A stretch of 64,000 nucleotides of DNA. Source: the human T2T-CHM13v2.0 reference genome, Homo sapiens. The notes under the pieces were generated by a model, which was not told the DNA's origin, did no database searches, and saw nothing but the letters and a program-made list of their open reading frames with translations. Position numbers and translations under genes: made by a program. Shown here piece after piece: positions 1-14,188 of this stretch (position 1 is its first letter; each line of letters begins with the position of its first letter). The DNA lies in NCBI RefSeq assembly GCF_009914755.1, contig NC_060925.1; one strand, given 5' to 3'.

Positions 1-134
1 TATCAATATCATATAGATATTATATATCTATATATAATATAAACATATAATCTATAGTATATAATAACACATAACACATTATAGTAAAGTATCTAAAATG
101 TTGAATAGAAAGAGAAAATTTATAACCACCATCT

Positions 135-1630
135 GATTCAATGCTATTCCTGTCAAACTACCAATGATGTTTTCATAGAATTAGAAGAAACTATTCTAAA
201 ATTCGTATGGAACCAAAAAAAAAAAAAAAAAGCCTGAATAGCCAAAGCAATCGTATGCAAACAGTACAAAGCCAGAGGCATCACACTACCCAACTTCAAG
301 CTATACAACAAGGCTACAGTAATCAAAACAGCATAGTACTGGTACAAAAATAGACACATAGACAAATGGATCATGGTGGAGAGCCTAGAAATAAAGCCAC
401 ACACCTACAACCATCTGATATTTGACAGAAACAAGCAACAGGGAAAGGAATCGCTAGTCAATAAATAGTGCTTGCATAACTTTCTAGCCATAAGCAAAAG
501 ATTGAAACTGGACCTTTTCCTTTTATCATAAACTAAAATCAATTCGAAATGGATTAGAGATTTAAATGTAAAAGCCAGAACTATAAAAACCTGGAAATAA
601 CTAGGAAATACCATTCTGGAAATAGGCACTGGGAAATATTTTGTTATAAAGACTCCAAAAGCAATTGCAACAAAAACAAAAATTAACAAGTGGGACTTAA
701 TTAAACTGAAGAGCTTCTGCACAGCAAAGGAAACTTTTAACAGAGTAAAGAGATGACCTATGAAATGGAAGAAAATATTTGCAAACTATGCATCTGACAA
801 GGGCCTACTATCCAGAATCCATAAAGAACTTAAACAATTTAACAATAAAAAAAACCCATTAAAAAATGGGCAAAAAATGTGAATGGACACTTCTCAAGAG
901 AAGACATACACGTAGCCAGCACGCATGTAAAAAAAAAAAATGTTCAATATCACTAATCACTAGAGAAATGCAAATCAAAACCACAATGAGATACCATCTT
1001 ACACCAGTCAGAATGGCTATTATTAAAAAGTCAAAAATTAACAGATGTTGGCAAGGTTTTGGAGAAAAGGTAATGCTTATACAGCGCTGGTGAGAATGTA
1101 AATTAGTTCAGTCACCGTGGAAAGCATTTTCGAGGTTTCTCAAAGAACTTAAAACAGAACTACCATCCAACCGAGCAATCCCATTTCTGGGTATATACCC
1201 AGAGGAATAGAAATCATTCTACCATAAAGACATATGAATGTGTGTATTCATCATGGCACTATTCGCAATAACAAAGACATGGAATCAACCTAGATGCCCA
1301 TCAACAGTGGACTGGATGAAGAAAATATGAAACACAGGAATAGAAAACCAAATGTCACATGTTCTTACTTATAATTGGAGGTAAACATTGAACACATTTG
1401 AACACAAAGAAGGGAGCAATAGACACCAGGCCCTTCTTGAAGGTGGAGGGTGGGAGAAGGGAGACATCAAAAAACTACCTACAGGGTACTATGCTCATTA
1501 ACTGGGTGACCAAATAATCTGTACACCAAACCCCCACAAGACACAATTTATCTATGTGACAAACCTGCCCATGTACCCTCTGCACCTACAATAAAGGTTG
1601 GAAAGAAAAATTTTTTAAATAAAAATAAAA
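135..1630 (+). mobile_element. L1 3' portion (end of ORF2 plus 3'UTR), L1PA15/16-like, 5'-truncated
   Basis: Degenerate ORF2 C-terminus (ORF 866-1093 contains [24 protein letters not shown]). The 3'UTR reads aaaactacctacagggtactatgctcattaactgggtgac...aaacctgcccatgtaccc and is followed by an A-rich tail. Confidence 0.9.
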
Positions 1631-1634
1631 CCAC

Positions 1635-2052
1635 TGTAGTAATTCGTTGTGACTGCCATAACAAAACACATAGACTGGGTAGCTCAACAACAGAAATTTA
1701 TGTTCTCAGTTCTTGTGGGTAAGGAAATCCGAGACAAAGGTGCTGGACAATTTGGGTCCTGGTAAGAACTCTTTTCCTGGCTTCCAGGTGGCTGCCTTTT
1801 TGCCTTATATGACAGAGACAGAGAGTGAGAGAAAGAGAGAACAAGAAAGAGAAAGGAGAGAGTGAGAAAGAAGGGGAGAAACAGCTCTTCGTTTTTCTTC
1901 TTATGAGGCCACAGTCCTACGGAATTAGGGCCTCACCCATCTAACCCTATTTAGCCTAATTACCTTCTAAAGACCTATCTCTAAGTATAATAACATAGAA
2001 GCTTAAGGCATCAACATATGAATTTTAGAAAGACAAAATGCAGTCTCTTGCA
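1635..2052 (-). mobile_element. MaLR solo LTR, MLT1A/MLT1A0-like
   Basis: TG...CA ends. gactgccataacaaaacacatagactgggt and ggcatcaacatatgaatttt match the reverse complement of the MLT1A consensus. Internal GA-rich expansion. Confidence 0.8.
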
Positions 2053-2099
2053 AACAGTTAAATTTCTTCAAAAAACAATAATGAGATTAATAACTGGCC

Positions 2100-3075
<976 letters not shown>

Positions 3076-3228
3076 CATCTTTACTTCAGTTGTGCCTGAA
3101 GTGCAAATTCATCATATGCATCACTGGATATAATGGTAACAATGGGTAATTTTCTTCTCACTTCTTGGTTCTTGGTTCTATGAAACCTTCCTCTTAGAGG
3201 TACAGAAATACCATATACTAGACATTGG

Positions 3229-3231
<3 letters not shown>

Positions 3232-3278
<47 letters not shown>

Positions 3279-3409
3279 TATATATGTATATATACACACA
3301 CATATATATGTATATATACACACACATATATATGTATATATACACACACATATTTATTTACAGTGTGCATATATTTAAATATGTGTATATACCAATGAGG
3401 TGATATTTC

Positions 3410-3447
<38 letters not shown>
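3232..3447. repeat. Compound microsatellite: (TA)n, a 24-bp TA/CA higher-order unit x3-4, then (CA)n
   Basis: Seen directly. The 24-bp period appears as the YTYICVCI repeat in ORF 3081-3347. Confidence 0.97.
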
Positions 3448-3448
<1 letters not shown>

Positions 3449-4134
3449 GCTCTTGTTTTCTTGATGGTGTTTTCTTTTGTAAGTCAAACAGTACTTTCTT
3501 TGGCTTTTCATTTATTTCAGCCTCAGGAATATAATAGTCAACTCCCTACCACCAGAGACCTCTATAGATCAAGGCCCCATGGATGCTACTTCAGCCTTGT
3601 GGCCCATTAGGATAACTGCACTCGGATAATTGCATCCACATGACCTCCCATGTTTAAGAGATGCTTCCTGACCTCCGCTATGTTAGAATCCTATCATCTC
3701 CATTGACCTAGGACAGAGCTGAACAAACTTCATCTATTTGTTCTCACTTAAGAACTGGTTGGGCTGAAGGTCAGCTGAAGTGGAAAGAGAAGAGATACGA
3801 TAAAGTGTTTTATAGAACGGGGTCAACATTTTCCAATGTCTGAATTATTGGCCTTCACTGACAATTGACTGACCATAAAATATAAAACATGAAATGCCTC
3901 AAGGGGCCTGAAACCATAGTAGGTAACAGAGAACTATGAATATACTAAATTAAATATAAGATCTAAAGATCTTTCCTATTGTGCAAATTAACTCTCATAG
4001 AAAACAGGAAATCTTATAAAATAGTCAAATTGAAATCAGTTTATATTTTCAGAGTATCTTTCTTATGCTACTGTTTACATTTATACCTGAGCACCTGAAG
4101 TCTGTCATCCAACCCGAGTTATCAAGATGGTATT

Positions 4135-4930
4135 TTCTCAAAGTTCACTGATGTCCACCTTTATTGCTAATCTCCATAGCCCATTCTCAGTCCTCATTCT
4201 CTTCAACTTTTTCTGAAGCATTTAATTCTTTTGACAGCATCCTGCATATTTATTTTGTTTTCTTTCATGTCATTATTTTGTAAATCCTTTTTAGGTTTAT
4301 CTTTCATAATAATCCCTTTCTAAATCTGCGATTATTTTTTCTAAGCACACGTTAGCAGCTCTTCTTTCTCCTCAGGTTAAAAATAAATAAATAAAAGAAG
4401 AGAAAGGAAAAACCATCTCCCAGGGATTATTTTTAGCCCTCTTTTCTTCTTACTTTACACAGTCACTTTGGACTATCTAAATCACACGACAGCTTCAAAG
4501 ACCAACTCCCTAACATGACTCTTAAATCTTCAACCCTCAACACATAAACCACTCACACTAAATCTTTCTCTGCTACTCCTTTTAAGAGGAACTTATGGTT
4601 CTTTCTAGATTTCTCACTCTTAATTGCTGCTCTATTTTCCACATTGAATTCCTACTCATTCTTTATTAAGAATAAAATACAACACAAAATTTACCTACTC
4701 TATCAAGGCCTCTGTTACTTCCAGAGGAAGAAAAAGTATTTTCAATTTTCTATTTATACAGTGTATTACTGTATCTAGCACCCACTACCCTCTATTGTAA
4801 TTTAAAAAATTATCTACCACATTACATTGTGAATTCTGTGAATAAAGGTCTTGATCTCATTCATTTTTATCTTTTCCATAGGATTTACCACTGTGCTTTT
4901 TGAACATAGAGAGCCCTTAACAAATGCTAC
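4135..4930 (+). mobile_element. L2 fragments
   Basis: ttgctaatctccatagcccattctcagtcctcattctcttcaac resembles L2 ORF2. An L2-type 3' end lies near 4820-4930. Confidence 0.55.
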
Positions 4931-6370
4931 CTGTTTTTCTTTGACAATAAAATCTTGAGTCTTCCTAAAACTTTATGGCCAACTATAAATAAACTGCTAT
5001 GGTGTGATGTCTGTAAACACGGAAGAACAAGAATAAATTAGCTTTATTCTCCTTTTTTTGTGAAGTATGTCATATCTAATTTTATGCTTTTCTTGGGAGA
5101 TCTATAATCAGTGTTTTCTCTGGGACTATTTTATTGCAGATGCTCTTCCTGTTGCATAAGAGATTTACTCCTAATGGTGTAAGTGAAAATTGATTTTTGT
5201 TGCAAATTAAATATACATTTAAATACACTAGAATAATTTCTTATTTAGGCCTAAACTGAAGATGCAGCATTAATTTTAATATTCCCAAATATACACTTAA
5301 CACATTGGATCTTTTGTTTTGTTTGCTATCTTTAATTAGGTAAAACACAAACTTCTTTTCTTAATACAGATATTATGTACGTCTTTGTTCAGTACTGCTC
5401 CAAAAGCTCTATTATCACTTCTTTTAGAAATGATGAAATTCTTCCTATTTTTATTTACTTGCTTTTCTCTTAACTCTTAACTCTTTGTCCAACTTTAGAA
5501 GTATAAGGCTGTGAAGATAATTAAATGGAAAGCTGCTTATAAAATATTTTACATCACTAAATGAAATTCCATTAATCTGGTTCACTTTTACATAACATGT
5601 TAATTTAAACGTAAGCATGCTTTCTCAGTAGTATCATTTACCAACATTTAAAATCATTTAATTCAGTAAATTGATTTAAAATGATTACCATTACATATCT
5701 GGAAAGTTTACTCCATGGACATTTTTTTTTATAGAATAAGAAAGACAAAAAACAGTTTAATATTTCATAGACAATTTTATTTCATTTAAAGGATTGGTCT
5801 ACGTTGGCACATATCCCAAAGACCTAAAAGTGTCTCTGGCATTTAATAAGTCTTTAGTAAACATTTATGGAATGAATTAAAAAGTTATGACTTTTTTTCT
5901 TTTGTAGGTTAAATTTTATATTTAAAATAAAATTATATTAGATAATAACTCTTATTTTAATAGTCTTACTTGGTAAATGTTGTTAAATTTGTATCAATCC
6001 ACAAAAGGATGCTTTGTTAGTCTATCAAATCCAAACGTCTAGAAACTATCAACTTAGAGAATAATTTTCTGCATGTAGTCACATTAATGTCTAAAATTTT
6101 TTAGTTCCAACCCCCACCTTGTGCAACTTTTACTCCTCCACTATCTTGAAAGAAATATCGAAGTGGCTCAATATTCATTTCCGTTGGTGGTAAGGGTGGT
6201 GTGAAAACAGGAAAACAAAATGGATCAGCCAAGTAAAAGTCGTTTTGTAAAGTAAGACCAAAAAGAAAAACAAATAATACATGAATCCAGAAGCTCACAT
6301 ATTGTACTGTAGTTATAGATTCAAGTCAAGGTCAGACAGTCAGATGGAGTCAGTACTAAAGAAATGGGGG

Positions 6371-6723
<353 letters not shown>

Positions 6724-8849
6724 TTATAGCAATCTTCTTGAACATTACAAAGCATCTATGATTTATATTTATGAACAATCCGGGTAAATGGTTTAAAAGG
6801 TTTAAAGGATCTCAGGGCAGGAGAAAATATTCCCCCAAAAGCTATTTTTGGATTTGCTGTGACTGTGGCAATATTAACAGTTCTCCTAAATCAGTAGTTC
6901 TGAAACTTTGGTATAAACTGAGGAAGTTGTTGATGTTTTTATCCCTTAACGGTGTGATGGAAGAGGCCTAGGATTGTGACTGGTATAGGGAAAACCTGCA
7001 TATCTGCAATTTAGCATGCAAGAGAGGGTAGCATTTCTTTGGCTATATTTTGAGAAGTACATTCCGTGTGAAACATTTTCTCTTCTTGTGAAATACAACA
7101 AGTTGTTCTGCCCATTCATACTAATTTATCCTCTAATATTTTAGACTAACAGGTACATGGCTATTTGTGCTGATTGGGACACCATTAAAACAGAGATATA
7201 CATTTAAGACTTAAGAAAGATGCATTTCCTCAGTATTTAGAAACTAAATCTAGGAACAATAAAATTAAGAAACAATAAAATTAAGAATATATATAGCTCA
7301 GAAAAGGTGAACGTAAGCAAAGCAATGACATGGGAAATAATGCCTAGTTTATTTTTTACGGCATTTAGAAAGACTGTTTTTTGATAGTCGTGTTTGAAAT
7401 ACATACTGAGTATTATCAGTTCTTTAGATGCAGTCGAGAAACTCAGAGGTTCTTAAACATTTTGTAAGGAAATCCTCAACCTTCGTAAGTATATTTCTGA
7501 AACTTTCTGATGTGTAATATTCTTATATGATAATTTTATTAAGGCCTATAATGGAAGTATCCGTTGATACTGTTAAGCCAAAATTTTATCTAGAATTCGG
7601 ATTTTGTTACTATCAGCTGATAAAAACGTGGACAATCTTTGGTGAGCAAACTTTCAGTTTTGGCAGCTTCACTGTTGTGTTTGTGTGTGTGCATTTATTT
7701 CAGCAAGTAACTTCTACTATTACATTTTAGAAAAATAAAGAAAACATGGAAAAACCCATTGTAACTAATAATAGGTGTCCTTCTTATAAAATTATGGCAA
7801 AATTGCATTTTCTTCCATGCTTAATATGGCATAATTTGAACCTTAATAGGACATCACTACATTTCAACATGTAGGCTACAATTCAATTTAAAAAAATGAT
7901 ATAATTGAAAAGCATATAGACTTACAGGCATAAAATAATGCTTAAAATTATGAATAATTAGTTTTTTTGATTTGATTTTTAGTTGTTCTTTACAACAGTG
8001 CCATGACCATGACCAACATCTACACATAACCACAACTTTAAATCTGTTGAAATTTAACAGTTGGTTTTTTTCAGTCGCTTTCAGGAATAAATTATATGTA
8101 AAAGCAGTGGGCTGCTCAGCAAACATGAATACATAATCATAAATGTAATTATGCATGTCCACATATATGCATGTGTACATAGTCTTAATAATGTAGGAAA
8201 AATTCAAATTTGAACTTAATTGTATCTTGTTTGAAATAACTCATGATATTTTATGATGTGTTTAATAGTGGTACAAAATGCGTATGTTTCTTTGTATGAA
8301 TTCTTTGTTTTTCCAAAACCTATTCTTTATTCTTATCTTTGGCACAGAATTGATTGTCAGTAAACATGTATTTGAAAAAAAAAAAAAAAGACATTTATTG
8401 GATAAGTTCCTGTTGTTTCCCTTTGCTTCCCTGATAGTATAAGAATTTCAGCTTTATAAACCCTGCTTTTATTTTAAGAAGAAAACAAATTTGACATTCT
8501 CTCCATGAAGCATGTGTAGTCTTTAACCTTCTGTTCTGAAAAGTTTAGTTAATAGAGTACATTGTATGTTCCAAGCACTACGTGTTTGATAACTTAATAA
8601 GTTCTGGAACTGACATTTGAAGGCCTTGCAGTTTAGTGTAAATTTTATTGTATTCACAGTCAAAATCACAACATCAATTTGATGTTCAAATGTTTTATTA
8701 CTTCCTAAATGATTATTTTTGTACAATTAGATTTGAAGTTTCGTGAGAAAAATAAAATTATCTTTTGCTACTTCATAGATCAGTAATAATTTTTGATTCA
8801 TCTCTTAAATTTCTAGTGAAATCCAGATAATAGGTCAAAACTCCAGATG

Positions 8850-9632
8850 AATCATCCTTGGTCTTCTGATTTCTTTCTCATCACACATTCTGTCTATTAC
8901 AAAATTATTTTGGCTTTGCCTTCAAAATATGTCTAGAAACTGACCAGTTTTCTTTACTTCCACTGCTACAGTAGTTTAAACCACCAACATCTCGCACCTA
9001 AAATACTAGAGGAACCTTCAAAAAGGTCTCCTTTATTCTGCATTTTCACCTCACAAACCATTCCCAATATCACATCCAGAGTAATCTTGTTAAAATGTAA
9101 AGGAGGGAGGTCAAACCTCTGCTTAGAGCATTACAATGGTTCCTAATTTCACTTATAGCCTAAAATCTTCATAGTCACTTTCAACACTCTTTATTACCTA
9201 AAATACCCCTCCTTCTTTCCCCTCTTCTTAACTTTAATTCTAACTATTTTTTCCCTCATCCACTCCATCCACATTGACCCCTTGCTAATGTAAAACATAT
9301 GAAGACAATAGGTATTTGCTTTACCTGCTATCTCCACTACACAATGCAAATGCCCGCCCCACCCCACCCCACACTCTCAATTTCCCTTATTTTGTACTAG
9401 TTTTTCTTTTCATGGGCCTTATAAGCTTCTTACTGGTATCTTATTGGTACTTATCTTGGTTCATTGGTATTTCTCATTAAAATGTAAGCTCTACAAAGCA
9501 GAAGTCTTTATACATTTATATTGTATATTTTTACAGAGATTTCTGCAGATAGATCTGTGATTAGAATAGAGCTTGGCAAATATTAGGTTATCATTAAGTT
9601 ATTTTAATATGAATAATTAATAAATGAATGAA
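8850..9632 (+). mobile_element. L2a fragment including 3' end
   Basis: gccttcaaaatatgtctagaaactgaccagttttctttacttccactgctac and aatgtaagctctac; ends in taaatgaatgaa. Confidence 0.7.
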
Positions 9633-9721
9633 AAAGTGAGTGATTCTGAAAAGCAAAGTCCCAGAGTTATATATATTTAAACAATGTAGATATTTGAATT
9701 TTCAATCAGAAATCACAATAA

Positions 9722-10043
<322 letters not shown>

Positions 10044-10119
10044 AATCCTTACAACTTTAAGGATGTTTTTCATTCCTACATATTATTGAATTTATGTACC
10101 AGTTTAATGACAGAAGTAA

Positions 10120-10427
10120 TTTTTTTTTTTTTTTTGAGATACAGTCTTGCTTTATTTCCCAGTCTGAAGTGCAGTGGCATGATCGTAGCTCACTGCAACT
10201 TCTGACTCCTGGGTTCAATTAACTCTCCTGGCCTCAGCCTCTGGAGTAGCTGGTACTACAGGTGTGCACCACTGCATCTGGCTGAGTTTTTGGTTTTTTG
10301 AAATTTTTGTGGAGACAGGGTCTTGCCATGTTGCCCAGGCTAGTCTCAAACTCCTGGCCTCAAGTGATACTCCCACCTCAGCCTCCCAAACTGCTGGGAT
10401 TACAGATGGGAGCCACTGTGCTCATCC
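10120..10427 (-). mobile_element. AluJ, full length
   Basis: J-type gatcgtagctcactgca and ctcctggcctcaagtgat. TSD agaagtaat(tttt) at 10112 and 10428. Confidence 0.95.
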
Positions 10428-12562
10428 AGAAGTAATTTTTGAACTAAAACATGGCAGATCATTCCTGATTTGCCTTGAGAATTGCAAGACCTCTCCTCAT
10501 AAAATATATGAGAATGGGAAAATAGCCACAATATGCCATTATGTACAGACAAATCCAAGAAGGAATTTATTCAGAGACCCAGAAACATGGAAAGTAGGTT
10601 GATTATACGGGGATAGATTTCAATACAGAACATGAAAAAAGACTTGAGAAAAACACAAGAATCTATGTGGGAAGTCGAATATCATTCCTAATAATGCAAT
10701 TTTTTAATTATTAAGTATCCAGAGTTGCAGTTACCCAATCCCAGTGTACTAGATAAATGGGAACTCAGAAATAGTGACAAAAGCAGGAAGAAAATCATAG
10801 TAATTGGGAAGAATAGGCTAGGAGTTGGATGTGTAAATCGCATTTCCTGACCGAGCACTGTGCAACGTGGCCATGCCACAGTAGAGGTGCAAAATGGTGG
10901 CTGCTCATTTGGCCTCTTCCCACTCCAACAGCATTCTTTTTTTATAGTGTCTATTTTGAATCATGTAGTTTTCATAACCTATACCCTGATATTAATTTAA
11001 TGATATAAAATAATGCAAATTATTTTATAATTGCTCTATGATGCATTTCTTTACAAAAGACAGTGGATTTGTAAAGACATCCATTTTTATATCCTGTTGT
11101 CTTCACAAACCCACTCATGGCTACTGGTCAACATATCAATTAAAACCCTATAGGAAGAGCCAATAATTATGTTTACTTATATTCAGGGCAATGAAAATGT
11201 CAGCACATTCAGCATCCTTATACGATTACAACCTTCTGTATACTTCAGAACACATATGACAGGTAATTTAATATCTGGCATAGTGGAAAATTCCAGCAAA
11301 TCTAACAACTCCCTAATGGCATCTTGCCACAGATGTTTAATAGGGGAAGAGAATGTATCAAATCTGTATTCCTATTTAAGTCCTAGAGAAATGAGCTTGT
11401 TTATTTATAGCAAAACAATGCTTTTACAGTAGCACTTAAAATATATTGCCTGTCAGTTTTAATATTTATTATGACATAAGTGACTGATAGAAACAGGAAG
11501 AAATAATATTTTAAAGACAGAAAGATACAGCTTTGTTGAATTCTTTCTGAGACTCAGGTTAAGAAAGCTGTAAGTGACAGCTACTTTGAAGGAAGAATAT
11601 TACTTACTAGAATTTCAAATAATGAAAATAATAAAACAGATAAAAGAAAAGAAAACTATTATTTTCTTTCAGACTATAAATTTCCACTTCTATGTAGACG
11701 ACAAATCACTCATCGCTCTCTAGCATGTATGCAAACAGATAGATTAAAAGCTAAGTAACCAAAGAAATGGAAAGATCAACTTTCTTGTGACAGAACATCC
11801 AAAAATGTCAAGAGGTAACTTTGGGAAAAGAGATTACAAGAGAAGACTGAGCACATTTCATTTCCTCCCTCCTTTCTTGAAGGAGATAATCAGTCATGAA
11901 TATCATCGCTTTTTTTTTTCCATTTTCTCCTTTTACAATTTTGAGTTGATTTTGCCCTTTGAAATCACTTTCTCTAACCTCTCCAGTAAAAACCAATACC
12001 TGAACTAAAATAAAATAAAAAACTTAAAACAAACATTTATATTTAAATCCTTTTTAGTCCAAATTTGGGAAGAAGAGAAATAGCATAAAATAATGGCTTG
12101 TTACAGATGTATTTTTCTATTATTATTATTTTTTAAATTTATAACTTTTATTAACAAAACAAACTGAGGAGAAGGGCCAAAGAACACTGGTTTTGGAAGT
12201 TGGATGAATAAGTAAGTGATAGAAACAGGGTTAAAATATCAGTAAACATAATTTTCCCATGGGTAACTTCATAAATGACTAAGTAAGAACTGATTAAGTA
12301 TTTTGGTTTGCATTGTTAAAGATTATGAAACTCAAAAAATTTACAAGCCTCTTGAAAATCTTAAACATACAATATTTAAAAATATGCAGCTGGTTCTTGG
12401 GGAAATATAGAAGTGTCATATAAATGCTCATTACAACATATTTCAAATTATAATAATGCTGATATTTCTAACAAAACACAAGAGCCCTTGTGACCTGCTT
12501 CTATCCAAGTGTATCTTTAATCTCACTTACCTTTTTTATGTATGCAAGTGGTACGATGGAGA

Positions 12563-13139
12563 TGTAGGGCTTCATGAGAGAGACAATGCATGCAGGAATG
12601 CACCTGCATTGCCCCTGTTACGCAGCTAGCAGATGGAAATGTGGTTAAGAACTTCCTCTTATACCAGAATGTTTGCTCAGAAGGGACTGTCCCAACTTAG
12701 GCGCAGGTGTAATAAATCAACTAAATGTCCTTAACTTGACTCAAGCTCATTATAATATCATTAGCATGACATCTGCATTGTGGTTTCACCACCACCACCC
12801 CTACTACCCACTGGGCCTTTCTGTGGTGCTTATGCATAATAATTAAGATGGAATAACTATGGACAAGAACGCACCTGGGCAGTAAGAACTGGGACCAGGA
12901 AGCAACTAGGAAGTAAAAGGTTGTGCAAGATGCAAATGAGAAACACACCCCTAGAAATGAGGTTTTTAATCCCCTAGGGCAACCCACTTTTGAGTCCCCT
13001 CTCCTTACTGAGCGCTTTCTGTCACTTAATAAAGTCTATTCTGCCATACTCACCCTCCTATGTCCATGTACCTCATTCATCGTGGTGGTGAGACAAGAAC
13101 TCAGACCTCGCTAAGCTAAGGAGTAAGGCTTCTGCAACA
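12563..13139 (+). mobile_element. ERV1-class solo LTR (family not resolved)
   Basis: ggcaacccacttttgagtcccct; AATAAA at 13028; U5-like gtgagacaagaactcagacctcgctaagctaaggag; ends in caaca. The 5' boundary is approximate. Confidence 0.7.
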
Positions 13140-13949
13140 GAACAAGCCAGAATTTCCTACATGAAATATTTATTTTCACATCTTTGTGATGTTCTGACAG
13201 TGTGCTGAAGGAAAATGACTTTTTTCCATTCTTTATTTTAAAATTTTGTATTTATTATTAAACACTCATATTAAGTATTTCCTTTAAACTCCTTTCCTGG
13301 ATCTCTGATATGAGTTGAATTTACCTCATTTACGATGGCAACCTAAACATACCATTATATCATCACTTAGTGTACTGTATAAAAATCTGTTTTCTATGGG
13401 TTACCTCTTCTACTAGGCTATAAGATCCCTATTTTGATTAACCTGGCTTTACTTACCTCTGTCTTTCAGTGTCTAGAATGTGCTAAAAATTTTTATCATA
13501 ACATAATGAGGTCATTCTTAGTACTAGACAATTGGTAATAGGGTCCAGCCCCCTTGGTACCCATGGAATTAGCAGTTAACTTTTTGGCTCCCACAAGTAA
13601 TGAGATTTATTGTACACCATCATCAAAATAATAAGTCTTAAAAAGGAGTATATCCTGCAGATGTAGAAACTTTACTACACATTATAACTACATCTTTTTG
13701 CCTCTGTTTATTCTGAAAGAAAAGCAATTTAACCTGATGTTTTAACGTCATGTGGTGCATACTATATAATATTAAAGCATGTAAATGGGGTGGTGGTGAT
13801 CAATGCCTTGATAAACTTAGTTAGTGGTTTTCTTTCAACAGGCAAACCTCTAGGCTTAGTGTAAAGACGTTCTATGATATTTGTTCTAACCAGGACTAAG
13901 TCACTCCTTGTATTAGTAAGAAAATACTGTGGAAGACTAGAAACAAGGT

Positions 13950-14188
13950 GGTGGGGGTAGGGGTAAAAAGAAGAAGAGAAGGGGCGAGGATGAGAGGGAA
14001 GGAAGGGGAGAGGAAGAGAGGAGTAAGTGGAAGAGAGAGAGAGGAGAAATAAAGACACAGAAATAAAAAGAAAGGGAAATAGAAAAGATGCTTTCTTCTT
14101 CCTTCCTTGCTTGCTTGATTGCTATCTTGCTTGCTTTCTTTCTTTCTCTCTTTCTTTCTTTTTCTTTCTTCTTTTTCTTTTTTCTTTC
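13950..14188. repeat. GA-rich tract followed directly by a TC-rich tract (low complexity)
   Basis: Seen directly. Confidence 0.9.

Noticed and set aside
6101-6298. 65-aa minus-strand ORF with a hydrophobic N-terminus resembling a signal peptide
   Set aside because: No recognisable homology or promoter context. T-rich strands commonly give such hydrophobic ORFs.
7255-7286. 16-bp tandem duplication aacaataaaattaaga x2
   Set aside because: An ordinary slippage duplication in A-rich DNA.
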